Source of the DNA: Eledone cirrhosa
Taxonomy: Eukaryota
DNA: 64,000 nt
Direction of reading: 5' to 3'
NCBI GenBank assembly: GCA_964016885.1
Contig: OZ024743.1
Location: 93,062,001-93,126,000, forward strand
Positions 24,211 to 38,226 of the stretch are shown here, in pieces; position 1 is the first letter of the stretch, and every line of letters begins with the position of its first letter. A model generated the notes under the pieces. It saw only the letters and a list, made by a program, of their open reading frames with translations. It made no database searches and had not been told where the DNA came from. The position numbers were made by a program, and so were the translations under genes.

Positions 24211-24329
24211 GTTTACGGCCATTTCACGCTGACAACACCGGTTCTCGTCCGATCACCGAAGTTAAGCAACGTCGAGCCTAGTTAGTACTTGGATGGGTGA
24301 CCGCCTGGGAACCCTAGGTGCCGTAAGCG
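24211..24329 (+). rRNA. 5S rRNA: 5S rRNA copy 28 (A13T)
   Basis: Array 5S, 1 substitution. Confidence 0.95.
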
Positions 24330-25085
24330 TTTAATTTTTTTTTTTTTTTTTTTTTCATTAATATCTTTACAGAGCTATTTATTTTTTTAGTTCGGTAACC
24401 GCTTAGGAAACCGAGCTGCTCTATACATTTCCATTTTTCTTTCTTTTAGTTTCTTTCTTTTGCAAGCTTCTCTCGCCAATGTCTGTTAGTTTCAAAATAA
24501 TTAGGCACGCAAACTTTTTCCTTTCTTTCAACCCTACCCTTCGCATACACACCACTGCAAACGTCTTAAAAGCTACCGACTGCAAAATCAGAGTTTCTTG
24601 ATAATTTCAGATATTTCAAACTTTTATTCCGTTCGCCTTCCGAAGTAGTGAGCCTGCTATATACTCTAGAAAATATTTATTGAACAGAGATTTGGCTGCT
24701 TTTTCTAGCAGGTAAAATTAGCACATTTCTTTAGAGCCGTTCCAATCGAACATTATCCACATCTGTAATAATTAATTCGGAATGGGTATCGTAGCTAGTT
24801 ATTTGGCCAAGTTATATAAACAAAAAGACAACATAAGTTTTAAAGACAGCGATATCGACAGCTATGCGACACTCTCGTAGTTAATAACGTGTGTTAATTT
24901 AAAAGTTAGATGAGATTTATGTAAAATTTTATTAAGCAACCTAAATTGCTTGAAAATACTGTGTTATACGGTTGAAAGTAAGAAAAATGTTTAATAGAAA
25001 ATTAAAATATAAAAATTATCGTAAAAGAAAGGTGTTTAGTGACTTGTTTTATACAATAAAACTATTAAATTCAGTATAATCTTTC

Positions 25086-25204
25086 GTTTACGGCCATATC
25101 ACGCTGACAACACCGGTTCTCGTCCGATCACCGAAGTTAAGCAACGTCGAGCCTAGTTAGTACTTGGATGGGTGACCGCCTGGGAACCCTAGGTGCCGTA
25201 AGCG
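25086..25204 (+). rRNA. 5S rRNA: 5S rRNA copy 29
   Basis: Matches array consensus. Confidence 0.97.
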
Positions 25205-25960
25205 TTTAATTTTTTTTTTTTTTTTTTTTTCATTAATATCTTTACAGAGCTATTTATTTTTTTAGTTCGGTGACCGCTTAGGAAACCGAGCTGCTCTATA
25301 CATTTCCATTTTTCTTTCTTTTAGTTTCTTTCTTTTGCAAGCTTCTCTCGCCAATGTCTGTTAGTTTCAAAATAATTAGGCACGCAAACTTTTTCCTTTC
25401 TTTCAACCCTACCCTTCGCATACACACCACTGCAAACGTCTTAAAAGCTACCGACTGCAAAAACAGAGTTTCTTGATAATTTCAGATATTTCAAACTTTT
25501 ATTCCGTTCGCCTTCCGAAGTAGTGAGCCTGCTATATACTCTAGAAAATATTTATTGAACAGAGATTTGGCTGCTTTTTCTAGCAGGTAAAATTAGCACA
25601 TTTCTTTAGAGCCGTTCGAATCGAACATTATCCACATCTGTAATAATTAATTCGGAATGGGTATCGTAGCTAGTTATTTGGCCAAGTTATATAAACAAAA
25701 AGACAACATAAGTTTTAAAGACAGCGATATCGACAGCTATGCGACACTCTCGTAGTTAATAACGTGTGTTAATTTAAAAGTTAGATGAGATTTATGTAAA
25801 ATTTTATTAAGCAACCTAAATTGCTTGAAAATACTGTGTTATACGGTTGAAAGTAAGAAAAATGTTTAATAGAAAATTAAAATATAAAAATTATCGTAAA
25901 AGAAAGGTGTTTAGTGAGTTGTTTTATACAATAAAACTATTAAATTCAGCATAAGCTTTC

Positions 25961-26079
25961 GTTTACGGCCATATCACGCTGACAACACCGATTCTCGTCC
26001 GATCACCGAAGTTAAGCAACGTCGAGCCTAGTTAGTACTTGGATGGGTGACCGCCTGGGAACCCTAGGTGCCGTAAGCG
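25961..26079 (+). rRNA. 5S rRNA: 5S rRNA copy 30 (G31A)
   Basis: Array 5S, 1 substitution. Confidence 0.95.
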
Positions 26080-26815
26080 TTTAATTTTTTTTTTTTTTCA
26101 TTAATATCTTTACAGAGCTATTTATTTTTTTTAGTTCGGTGACCGCTTAGGAAACCGAGCTGCTCTATACATTTCCATTTTTCTTTCTTTTGCAAGCTTC
26201 TCTCGCCAATGTCTGTTAGTTTCAAAATAATTAGGCACGCAAACTTTTTCCTTTCTTTCAACCCTACCCTTCGCATACACACCACTGCAAACGTCTTAAA
26301 AGCTACCGACTGCAAAAACAGAGTTTCTTGATAATTTCAGATATTTCAAACTTTTATTCCGTTCGCCTTCCGAAGTAGTGAGCCTGCTATATACTCTAGA
26401 AAATATTTATTGAACAGAGATTTGGCTGCTTTTTCTAGCAGGTAAAATTAGCACATTTCTTTAGAGCTGTTCGAATCGAACATTATCCACATCTGTAATA
26501 ATTAATTCGGAATGGGTATCGTAGCTAGTTATTTGGCCAAGTTATATAAACAAAAAGACAACATAAGTTTTAAAGACAGCGATATCGACAGCTATGCGAC
26601 ACTCTCGTAGTTAATAACGTGTGTTAATTTAAAAGTTAGATGAGATTTATGTAAAATTTTATTAAGCAACCTAAATTGCTTGAAAATACTGTGTTATACG
26701 GTTGAAAGTAAGAAAAATGTTTAATAGAAAATTAAAATATAAAAATTATCGTAAAAGAAAGGTGTTTAGTGAGTTGTTTTATACAATAAAACTATTAAAT
26801 TCAGCATAAGCTTTC

Positions 26816-26934
26816 GTTTACGGGCATATCACGCTGACAACACCGGTTCTCGTCCGATCACCGAAGTTAAGCAACGTCGAGCCTAGTTAGTACTTGGATG
26901 GGTGACCGCCTGGGAACCCTAGGTGCCGTAAGCG
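26816..26934 (+). rRNA. 5S rRNA: 5S rRNA copy 31 (C9G)
   Basis: Array 5S, 1 substitution. Confidence 0.95.
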
Positions 26935-27693
26935 TTTAATTTTTTTTTTTTTTTTTTTTTTTCATTAATATCTTTACAGAGCTATTTATTTTTTTTAGTT
27001 CGGTGACCGCTTAGGAAACCGACCTGCTCTATACATTTCCATTTTTCTTTCTTTTAGTTTCTTTCTTTTGCAAGCTTCTCTCGCCAATGTATGTTAGTTT
27101 CAAAATAATTAGGCACGCAAACTTTTTCCTTTCTTTCAACCCTACCCTTCGCATACACACCACTGCAAACGTCTTAAAAGCTACCGACTGCAAAATCAGA
27201 GTTTCTTGATAATTTCAGATATTTCAAACTTTTATTCCGTTCGCCTTCCGAAGTAGTGAGCCTGCTATATACTCTAGAAAATATTTATTGAACAGAGATT
27301 TGGCTGCTTTTTCTAGCAGGTAAAATTAGCACATTTCTTTAGAGCCGTTCGAATCGAACATTATCCACATCTGTAATAATTAATTCGGAATGGGTATCGT
27401 AGCTAGTTATTTGGCCAAGTTATATAAACAAAAAGACAACATAAGTTTTAAAGACAGCGATATCGACAGCTATGCGACACTCTCGTAGTTAATAACGTGT
27501 GTTAATTTAAAAGTTAGATGAGATTTATGTAAAATTTTATTAAGCAACCTAAATTGCTTGAAAATACTGTGTTATACGGTTGAAAGTAAGAAAAATGTTT
27601 AATAGAAAATTAAAATATAAAAATTATCGTAAAAGAAAGGTGTTTAGTGAGTTGTTTTATACAATAAAACTATTAAATTCAGCATAAGCTTTC

Positions 27694-27812
27694 GTTTACG
27701 GCCATATCACGCTGACAACACCGGTTCTCGTCCGATCACCGAAGTTAAGCAACGTCGAGCCTAGTCAGTACTTGGATGGGTGACCGCCTGGGAACCCTAG
27801 GTGCCGTAAGCG
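27694..27812 (+). rRNA. 5S rRNA: 5S rRNA copy 32 (T73C)
   Basis: Array 5S, 1 substitution. Confidence 0.95.
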
Positions 27813-28561
27813 TTTAATTTTTTTTTTTTTTTTTTTTTTTTTTTCATTAATATCTTTACAGAGCTATTTATTTTTTTTAGTTCGGTGACCGCTTAGGAAA
27901 CCGAGCTGCTCTATACATTTCCATTTTTCTTTCTTTTGCAAGCTTCTCTCGCCAATGTCTGTTAGTTTCAAAATAATTAGGCACGCAAACTTTTTCCTTT
28001 CTTTCAACCCTACCCTTCGCATACACACCACTGCAAACGTCTTAAAAGCTACCGACTGCAAAAACAGAGTTTCTTGATAATTTCAGATATTTCAAACTTT
28101 TATTCCGTTCGCCTTCCGAAGTAGTGAGCCTGCTATATACTCTAGAAAATATTTATTGAACAGAGATTTGGCTGCTTTTTCTAGCAGGTAAAATTAGCAC
28201 ATTTCTTTAGAGCTGTTCGAATCGAACATTATCCACATCTGTAATAATTAATTCGGAATGGGTATCGTAGCTAGTTATTTGGCCAAGTTATATAAACAAA
28301 AAGACAACATAAGTTTTAAAGACAGCGATATCGACAGCTATGCGACACTCTCGTAGTTAATAACGTGTGTTAATTTAAAAGTTAGATGAGATTTATGTAA
28401 AATTTTATTAAGCAACCTAAATTGCTTGAAAATACTGTGTTATACGGTTGAAAGTAAGAAAAATGTTTAATAGAAAATTAAAATATAAAAATTATCGTAA
28501 AAGAAAGGTGTTTAGTGAGTTGTTTTATACAATAAAACTATTAAATTCAGCATAAGCTTTC

Positions 28562-28680
28562 GTTTACGGCCATATCACGCTGACAACACCGGTTCTCGTC
28601 CGATCACCGAAGTTAAGCAACGTCGAGCCTAGTTAGTACTTGGATGGGTGACCGCCTGGGAACCCTAGGTGCCGTAAGCG
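28562..28680 (+). rRNA. 5S rRNA: 5S rRNA copy 33
   Basis: Matches array consensus. Confidence 0.97.
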
Positions 28681-29439
28681 TTTAATTTTTTTTTTTTTTT
28701 TTTTTTTTCATTAATATCTTTACAGAGCTATTTATTTTTTTTAGTTCGGTGACCGCTTAGGAAACCGACCTGCTCTATACATTTCCATTTTTCTTTCTTT
28801 TAGTTTCTTTCTTTTGCAAGCTTCTCTCGCCAATGTATGTTAGTTTCAAAATAATTAGGCACGCAAACTTTTTCCTTTCTTTCAACCCTACCCTTCGCAT
28901 ACACACCACTGCAAACGTCTTAAAAGCTACCGACTGCAAAATCAGAGTTTCTTGATAATTTCAGATATTTCAAACTTTTATTCCGTTCGCCTTCCGAAGT
29001 AGTGAGCCTGCTATATACTCTAGAAAATATTTATTGAACAGAGATTTGGCTGCTTTTTCTAGCAGGTAAAATTAGCACATTTCTTTAGAGCCGTTCGAAT
29101 CGAACATTATCCACATCTGTAATAATTAATTCGGAATGGGTATCGTAGCTAGTTATTTGGCCAAGTTATATAAACAAAAAGACAACATAAGTTTTAAAGA
29201 CAGCGATATCGACAGCTATGCGACACTCTCGTAGTTAATAACGTGTGTTAATTTAAAAGTTAGATGAGATTTATGTAAAATTTTATTAAGCAACCTAAAT
29301 TGCTTGAAAATACTGTGTTATACGGTTGAAAGTAAGAAAAATGTTTAATAGAAAATTAAAATATAAAAATTATCGTAAAAGAAAGGTGTTTAGTGAGTTG
29401 TTTTATACAATAAAACTATTAAATTCAGCATAAGCTTTC

Positions 29440-29558
29440 GTTTACGGCCATATCACGCTGACAACACCGGTTCTCGTCCGATCACCGAAGTTAAGCAACG
29501 TCGAGCCTAGTCAGTACTTGGATGGGTGACCGCCTGGGAACCCTAGGTGCCGTAAGCG
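29440..29558 (+). rRNA. 5S rRNA: 5S rRNA copy 34 (T73C)
   Basis: Array 5S, 1 substitution. Confidence 0.95.
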
Positions 29559-30307
29559 TTTAATTTTTTTTTTTTTTTTTTTTTTTTTTTCATTAATATC
29601 TTTACAGAGCTATTTATTTTTTTTAGTTCGGTGACCGCTTAGGAAACCGAGCTGCTCTATACATTTCCATTTTTCTTACTTTTGCAAGCTTCTCTCGCCA
29701 ATGTCTGTTAGTTTCAAAATAATTAGGCACGCAAACTTTTTCCTTTCTTTCAACCCTACCCTTCGCATACACACCACTGCAAACGTCTTAAAAGCTACCG
29801 ACTGCAAAAACAGAGTTTCTTGATAATTTCAGATATTTCAAACTTTTATTCCGTTCGCCTTCCGAAGTAGTGAGGCTGCTATATACTCTAGAAAATATTT
29901 ATTGAACAGAGATTTGGCTGCTTTTTCTAGCAGGTAAAATTAGCACATTTCTTTAGAGCCGTTCGAATCGAACATTATCCACATCTGTAATAATTAATTC
30001 GGAATGGGTATCGTAGCTAGTTATTTGGCCAAGTTATATAAACAAAAAGACAACATAAGTTTTAAAGACAGCGATATCGACAGCTATGCGACACTCTCGT
30101 AGTTAATAACGTGTGTTAATTTAAAAGTTAGATGAGATTTATGTAAAATTTTATTAAGCAACCTAAATTGCTTGAAAATACTGTGTTATACGGTTGAAAG
30201 TAAGAAAAATGTTTAATAGAAAATTAGAATATAAAAATTATCGTAAAAGAAAGGTGTTTAGTGAGTTGTTTTATACAATAAAACTATTAAATTCAGTATA
30301 AGCTTTC

Positions 30308-30426
30308 GTTTACGGCCATATCACGCTGACAACACCGGTTCTCGTCCGATCACCGAAGTTAAGCAACGTCGAGCCTAGTTAGTACTTGGATGGGTGACCG
30401 CCTGGGAACCCTAGGTGCCGTAAGCG
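30308..30426 (+). rRNA. 5S rRNA: 5S rRNA copy 35
   Basis: Matches array consensus. Confidence 0.97.
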
Positions 30427-31179
30427 TTTAATTTTTTTTTTTTTTTTTCATTAATATCTTTACAGAGCTATTTATTTTTTTTAGTTCGGTGACCGCTTAG
30501 GAAACCGACCTGCTCTATACATTTCCATTTTTCTTTCTTTTAGTTTCTTTCTTTTGCAAGCTTCTCTCGCCAATGTATGTTAGTTTCAAAATAATTAGGC
30601 ACGCAAACTTTTTCCTTTCTTTCAACCCTACCCTTCGCATACACACCACTGCAAACGTCTTAAAAGCTACCGACTGCAAAATCAGAGTTTCTTGATAATT
30701 TCAGATATTTCAAACTTTTATTCCGTTCGCCTTCCGAAGTAGTGAGCCTGCTATATACTCTAGAAAATATTTATTGAACAGAGATTTGGCTGCTTTTTCT
30801 AGCAGGTAAAATTAGCACATTTCTTTAGAGCCGTTCGAATCGAACATTATCCACATCTGTAATAATTAATTCGGAATGGGTATCGTAGCTAGTTATTTGG
30901 CCAAGTTATATAAACAAAAAGACAACATAAGTTTTAAAGACAGCGATATCGACAGCTATGCGACACTCTCGTAGTTAATAACGTGTGTTAATTTAAAAGT
31001 TAGATGAGATTTATGTAAAATTTTATTAAGCAACCTAAATTGCTTGAAAATACTGTGTTATACGGTTGAAAGTAAGAAAAATGTTTAATAGAAAATTAAA
31101 ATATAAAAATTATCGTAAAAGAAAGGTGTTTAGTGAGTTGTTTTATACAATAAAACTATTAAATTCAGCATAAGCTTTC

Positions 31180-31298
31180 GTTTACGGCCATATCACGCTG
31201 ACAACACCGGTTCTCGTCCGATCACCGAAGTTAAGCAACGTCGAGCCTAGTCAGTACTTGGATGGGTGACCGCCTGGGAACCCTAGGTGCCGTAAGCG
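31180..31298 (+). rRNA. 5S rRNA: 5S rRNA copy 36 (T73C)
   Basis: Array 5S, 1 substitution. Confidence 0.95.
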
Positions 31299-32039
31299 TT
31301 TAATTTTTTTTTTTTTTTTTTTCATTAATATCTTTACAGAGCTATTTATTTTTTTTAGTTCGGTGACCGCTTAGGAAACCGAGCTGCTCTATACCTTTCC
31401 ATTTTTCTTTCTTTTGCAAGCTTCTCTCGCCAATGTCTGTTAGTTTCAAAATAATTAGGCACGCAAACTTTTTCCTTTCTTTCAACCCTACCCTTCGCAT
31501 ACACACCACTGCAAACGTCTTAAAAGCTACCGACTGCAAAAACAGAGTTTCTTGATAATTTCAGATATTTCAAACTTTTATTCCGTTCGCCTTCCGAAGT
31601 AGTGAGCCTGCTATATACTCTAGAAAATATTTATTGAACAGAGATTTGGCTGCTTTTTCTAGCAGGTAAAATTAGCACATTTCTTTAGAGCCGTTCGAAT
31701 CGAACATTATCCACATCTGTAATAATTAATTCGGAATGGGTATCGTAGCTAGTTATTTGGCCAAGTTATATAAACAAAAAGACAACATAAGTTTTAAAGA
31801 CAGCGATATCGACAGCTATGCGACACTCTCGTAGTTAATAACGTGTGTTAATTTAAAAGTTAGATGAGATTTATGTAAAATTTTATTAAGCAACCTAAAT
31901 TGCTTGAAAATACTGTGTTATACGGTTGAAAGTAAGAAAAATGTTTAATAGAAAATTAAAATATAAAAATTATCGTAAAAGAAAGGTGTTTAGTGAGTTG
32001 TTTTATACAATAAAACTATTAAATTCAGCATAAGCTTTC

Positions 32040-32158
32040 GTTTACGGCCATATCACGCTGACAACACCGGTTCTCGTCCGATCACCGAAGTTAAGCAACG
32101 TCGAGCCTAGTTAGTACTTGGATGGGTGACCGCCTGGGAACCCTAGGTGCCGTAAGCG
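32040..32158 (+). rRNA. 5S rRNA: 5S rRNA copy 37
   Basis: Matches array consensus. Confidence 0.97.
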
Positions 32159-32894
32159 TTTAATTTTTTTTTTTTTTCATTAATATCTTTACAGAGCTAT
32201 TTATTTTTTTTAGTTCGGTGACCGCTTAGGAAACCGAGCTGCTCTATACATTTCCATTTTTCTTTCTTTTGCAAGCTTCTCTCGCCAATGTCTGTTAGTT
32301 TCAAAATAATTAGGCACGCAAACTTTTTCCTTTCTTTCAACCCTACCCTTCGCATACACACCACTGCAAACGTCTTAAAAGCTACCGACTGCAAAAACAG
32401 AGTTTCTTGATAATTTCAGATATTTCAAACTTTTATTCCGTTCGCCTTCCGAAGTAGTGAGCCTGCTATATACTCTAGAAAATATTTATTGAACAGAGAT
32501 TTGGCTGCTTTTTCTAGCAGGTAAAATTAGCACATTTCTTTAGAGCTGTTCGAATCGAACATTATCCACATCTGTAATAATTAATTCGGAATGGGTATCG
32601 TAGCTAGTTATTTGGCCAAGTTATATAAACAAAAAGACAACATAAGTTTTAAAGACAGCGATATCGACAGCTATGCGACACTCTCGTAGTTAATAACGTG
32701 TGTTAATTTAAAAGTTAGATGAGATTTATGTAAAATTTTATTAAGCAACCTAAATTGCTTGAAAATACTGTGTTATACGGTTGAAAGTAAGAAAAATGTT
32801 TAATAGAAAATTAAAATATAAAAATTATCGTAAAAGAAAGGTGTTTAGTGAGTTGTTTTATACAATAAAACTATTAAATTCAGCATAAGCTTTC

Positions 32895-33013
32895 GTTTAC
32901 GGCCATATCACGCTGACAACACCGGTTCTCGTCCGATCACCGAAGTTAAGCAACGTCGAGCCTAGTTAGTACTTGGATGGGTGACCGCCTGGGAACCCTA
33001 GGTGCCGTAAGCG
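32895..33013 (+). rRNA. 5S rRNA: 5S rRNA copy 38
   Basis: Matches array consensus. Confidence 0.97.
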
Positions 33014-33773
33014 TTTAATTTTTTTTTTTTTTTTTTTTTTTTCATTAATATCTTTACAGAGCTATTTATTTTTTTTAGTTCGGTGACCGCTTAGGAAACC
33101 GACCTGCTCTATACATTTCCATTTTTCTTTCTTTTAGTTTCTTTCTTTTGCAAGCTTCTCTCGCCAATGTATGTTAGTTTCAAAATAATTAGGCACGCAA
33201 ACTTTTTCCTTTCTTTCAACCCTACCCTTCGCATACACACCACTGCAAACGTCTTAAAAGCTACCGACTGCAAAATCAGAGTTTCTTGATAATTTCAGAT
33301 ATTTCAAACTTTTATTCCGTTCGCCTTCCGAAGTAGTGAGCCTGCTATATACTCTAGAAAATATTTATTGAACAGAGATTTGGCTGCTTTTTCTAGCAGG
33401 TAAAATTAGCACATTTCTTTAGAGCCGTTCGAATCGAACATTATCCACATCTGTAATAATTAATTCGGAATGGGTATCGTAGCTAGTTATTTGGCCAAGT
33501 TATATAAACAAAAAGACAACATAAGTTTTAAAGACAGCGATATCGACAGCTATGCGACACTCTCGTAGTTAATAACGTGTGTTAATTTAAAAGTTAGATG
33601 AGATTTATGTAAAATTTTATTAAGCAACCTAAATTGCTTGAAAATACTGTGTTATACGGTTGAAAGTAAGAAAAATGTTTAATAGAAAATTAAAATATAA
33701 AAATTATCGTAAAAGAAAGGTGTTTAGTGAGTTGTTTTATACAATAAAACTATTAAATTCAGCATAAGCTTTC

Positions 33774-33892
33774 GTTTACGGCCATATCACGCTGACAACA
33801 CCGGTTCTCGTCCGATCACCGAAGTTAAGCAACGTCGAGCCTAGTCAGTACTTGGATGGGTGACCGCCTGGGAACCCTAGGTGCCGTAAGCG
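33774..33892 (+). rRNA. 5S rRNA: 5S rRNA copy 39 (T73C)
   Basis: Array 5S, 1 substitution. Confidence 0.95.
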
Positions 33893-34641
33893 TTTAATTT
33901 TTTTTTTTTTTTTTTTTTTTTTTTCATTAATATCTTTACAGAGCTATTTATTTTTTTTAGTTCGGTGACCGCTTAGGAAACCGAGCTGCTCTATACATTT
34001 CCATTTTTCTTTCTTTTGCAAGCTTCTCTCGCCAATGTCTGTTAGTTTCAAAATAATTAGGCACGCAAACTTTTTCCTTTCTTTCAACCCTACCCTTCGC
34101 ATACACACCACTGCAAACGTCTTAAAAGCTACCGACTGCAAAAACAGAGTTTCTTGATAATTTCAGATATTTCAAACTTTTATTCCGTTCGCCTTCCGAA
34201 GTAGTGAGCCTGCTATATACTCTAGAAAATGTTTATTGAACAGAGATTTGGCTGCTTTTTCTAGCAGGTAAAATTAGCACATTTCTTTAGAGCCGTTCGA
34301 ATCGAACATTATCCACATCTGTAATAATTAATTCGGAATGGGTATCGTAGCTAGTTATTTGGCCAAGTTATATAAACAAAAAGACAACATAAGTTTTAAA
34401 GACAGCGATATCGACAGCTATGCGACACTCTCGTAGTTAATAACGTGTGTTAATTTAAAAGTTAGATGAGATTTATGTAAAATTTTATTAAGCAACCTAA
34501 ATTGCTTGAAAATACTGTGTTATACGGTTGAAAGTAAGAAAAATGTTTAATAGAAAATTAAAATATAAAAATTATCGTAAAAGAAAGGTGTTTAGTGAGT
34601 TGTTTTATACAATAAAACTATTAAATTCAGCATAAGCTTTC

Positions 34642-34760
34642 GTTTACGGCCATATCACGCTGACAACACCGGTTCTCGTCCGATCACCGAAGTTAAGCAA
34701 CGTCGAGCCTAGTTAGTACTTGGATGGGTGACCGCCTGGGAACCCTAGGTGCCGTAAGCG
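34642..34760 (+). rRNA. 5S rRNA: 5S rRNA copy 40
   Basis: Matches array consensus. Confidence 0.97.
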
Positions 34761-35503
34761 TTTAATTTTTTTTTTTTTTTTTTTTTCATTAATATCTTTA
34801 CAGAGCTATTTATTTTTTTTAGTTCGGTGACCGCTTAGGAAACCGAGCTGCTCTATACATTTCCATTTTTCTTTCTTTTGCAAGCTTCTCTCGCCAATGT
34901 CTGTTAGTTTCAAAATAATTAGGCACGCAAACTTTTTCCTTTCTTTCAACCCTACCCTTCGCATACACACCACTGCAAACGTCTTAAAAGCTACCGACTG
35001 CAAAATCAGAGTTTCTTGATAATTTCAGATATTTCAAACTTTTATTCCGTTCGCCTTCCGAAGTAGTGAGCCTGCTATATACTCTAGAAAATATTTATTG
35101 AACAGAGATTTGGCTGCTTTTTCTAGCAGGTAAAATTAGCACATTTCTTTAGAGCCGTTCGAATCGAACATTATCCACATCTGTAATAATTAATTCGGAA
35201 TGGGTATCGTAGCTAGTTATTTGGCCAAGTTATATAAACAAAAAGACAACATAAGTTTTAAAGACAGCGATATCGACAGCTATGCGACACTCTCGTAGTT
35301 AATAACGTGTGTTAATTTAAAAGTTAGATGAGATTTATGTAAAATTTTATTAAGCAACCTAAATTGCTTGAAAATACTGTGTTATACGGTTGAAAGTAAG
35401 AAAAATGTTTAATAGAAAATTAAAATATAAAAATTATCGTAAAAGAAAGGTGTTTAGTGAGTTGTTTTATACAATAAAACTATTAAATTCAGTATAAGCT
35501 TTC

Positions 35504-35622
35504 GTTTACGGCCATATCACGCTGACAACACCGGTTCTCGTCCGATCACCGAAGTTAAGCAACGTTGAGCCTAGTTAGTACTTGGATGGGTGACCGCCTG
35601 GGAACCCTAGGTGCCGTAAGCG
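35504..35622 (+). rRNA. 5S rRNA: 5S rRNA copy 41 (C63T)
   Basis: Array 5S, 1 substitution. Confidence 0.95.
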
Positions 35623-36371
35623 TTTAATTTTTTTTTTTTTTAATTAATATCTTTACAGAGCTATTTATTTTTTTAGTTCGGTGACCGCTTAGGAAACCGA
35701 GCTGCTCTATACATTTCCATTTTTCTTTCTTTTAGTTTCTTTCTTTTGCAAGCTTCTCTCGCCAATGTCTGTTAGTTTCAAAATAATTAGGCACGCAAAC
35801 TTTTTCCTTTCTTTCAACCCTACCCTTCGCATACACACCACTGCAAACGTCTTAAAAGCTACCGACTGCAAAAACAGAGTTTCTTGATAATTTCAGATAT
35901 TTCAAACTTTTATTCCGTTCGCCTTCCGAAGTAGTGAGCCTGCTATATACTCTAGAAAATATTTATTGAACAGAGATTTGGCTGCTTTTTCTAGCAGGTA
36001 AAATTAGCACATTTCTTTAGAGCCGTTCGAATCGAACATTATCCACATCTGTAATAATTAATTCGGAATGGGTATCGTAGCTAGTTATTTGGCCAAGTTA
36101 TATAAACAAAAAGACAACATAAGTTTTAAAGACAGCGATATCGACAGCTATGCGACACTCTCGTAGTTAATAACGTGTGTTAATTTAAAAGTTAGATGAG
36201 ATTTATGTAAAATTTTATTAAGCAACCTAAATTGCTTGAAAATACTGTGTTATACGGTTGAAAGTAAGAAAAATGTTTAATAGAAAATTAAAATATAAAA
36301 ATTATCGTAAAAGAAAGGTGTTTAGTGAGTTGTTTTATACAATAAAAGTATTAAATTCAGCATAAGCTTTC

Positions 36372-36490
36372 GTTTACGGCCATATCACGCTGACAACACC
36401 GGTTCTCGTCCGATCACCGAAGTTAAGCAACGTCGAGCCTAGTTAGTACTTGGATGGGTGACCGCCTGGGAACCCTAGGTGCCGTAAGCG
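36372..36490 (+). rRNA. 5S rRNA: 5S rRNA copy 42
   Basis: Matches array consensus. Confidence 0.97.
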
Positions 36491-37244
36491 TTTAATTTTT
36501 TTTTTTTTTTTCATTAATATCTTTACAGAGCTATTTATTTTTTTTAGTTCGGTGACCGCTTCGGAAACCGAGCTGCTCTATACATTTCCATTTTTCATTC
36601 TTTTAGTTTCTTTCTTTTGCAAGCTTCTCTCGCCAATGTATGTTAGTTTCAAAATAATTAGGCACGCAAACTTTTTCCTTTATTTCAACCCTACCCTTCG
36701 CATACACACCACTGCAAACGTCTTAAAAGCTACCGACTGCAAAATCAGAGTTTCTTGATAATTTCAGATATTTCAAACTTTTATTCCGTTCGCCTTCCGA
36801 AGTAGTGAGCCTGCTATATACTCTAGAAAATATTTATTGAACAGAGATTTGGCTGTTTTTTCTAGCAGGTAAAATTAGCACATTTCTTTAGAGCCGTTCG
36901 AATCGAACATTATCCACATCTGTAATAATTAATTCGGAATGGGTATCGTAGCTAGTTATTTGGCCAAGTTATATAAACAAAAAGACAACATAAGTTTTAA
37001 AGACAGCGATATCGACAGCTATGCGACACTCTCGTAGTTAATTTAACGTGTGTTAATTTAAAAGTTAGATGAGATTTATGTAAAATTTTATTAAGCAACC
37101 TAAATTGCTTGAAAATACTGTGTTATACGGTTGAAAGTAAGAAAAATGTTTAATAGAAAATTAAAATATAAAAATTATCGTAAAAGAAAGGTGTTTAGTG
37201 AGTTGTTTTATACAATAAAACTATTAAATTTAGCATAAGCTTTC

Positions 37245-37363
37245 GTTTACGGCCATATCACGCTGACAACACCGGTTCTCGTCCGATCACCGAAGTTAAG
37301 CAACGTCGAGCCTAGTTAGTACTTGGATGGGTGACCGCCTGGGAACCCTAGGTGCCGTAAGCG
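37245..37363 (+). rRNA. 5S rRNA: 5S rRNA copy 43
   Basis: Matches array consensus. Confidence 0.97.
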
Positions 37364-38107
37364 TTTAATTTTTTTTTTTTTTTTTTTTTTCATTAATATC
37401 TTTACAGAGCTATTTATTTTTTTTAGTTCGGTGACCGCTTAGGAAACCGAGCTGCTCTATACATTTCCATTTTTCTTTCTTTTGCAAGCTTCTCTCGCCA
37501 ATGTCTGTTAGTTTCAAAATAATTAGGCACGCAAACTTTTTCCTTTCTTTCAACCCTACCCTTCGCATACACACCACTGCAAACGTCTTAAAAGCTACCG
37601 ACTGCAAAAACAGAGTTTCTTGATAATTTCAGATATTTCAAACTTTTATTCCGTTCGCCTTCCGAAGTAGTGAGCCTGCTATATACTCTAGAAAATGTTT
37701 ATTGAAGAGGGATTTGGCTGCTTTTTCTAGCAGGTAAAATTAGCACATTTCTTTAGAGCCGTTCGAATCGAACATTATCCACATCTGTAATAATTAATTC
37801 GGAATGGGTATCGTAGCTAGTTATTTGGCCAAGTTATATAAACAAAAAGACAACATAAGTTTTAAAGACAGCGATATCGACAGCTATGCGACACTCTCGT
37901 AGTTAATAACGTGTATTAATTTAAAAGTTAGATGAGATTTATGTAAAATTTTATTAAGCAACCTAAATTGCTTGAAAATACTGTGTTATACGGTTGAAAG
38001 TAAGAAAAATGTTTAATAGAAAATTAAAATATAAAAATTATCGTAAAAGAAAGGTGTTTAGTGAGTTGTTTTATACAATAAAACTATTAAATTCAGCATA
38101 AGCTTTC

Positions 38108-38226
38108 GTTTACGGCCATATCACGCTGACAACACCGGTTCTCGTCCGATCACCGAAGTTAAGCAACGTCGAGCCTAGTTAGTACTTGGATGGGTGACCG
38201 CCTGGGAACCCTAGGTGCCGTAAGCG
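38108..38226 (+). rRNA. 5S rRNA: 5S rRNA copy 44
   Basis: Matches array consensus. Confidence 0.97.
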
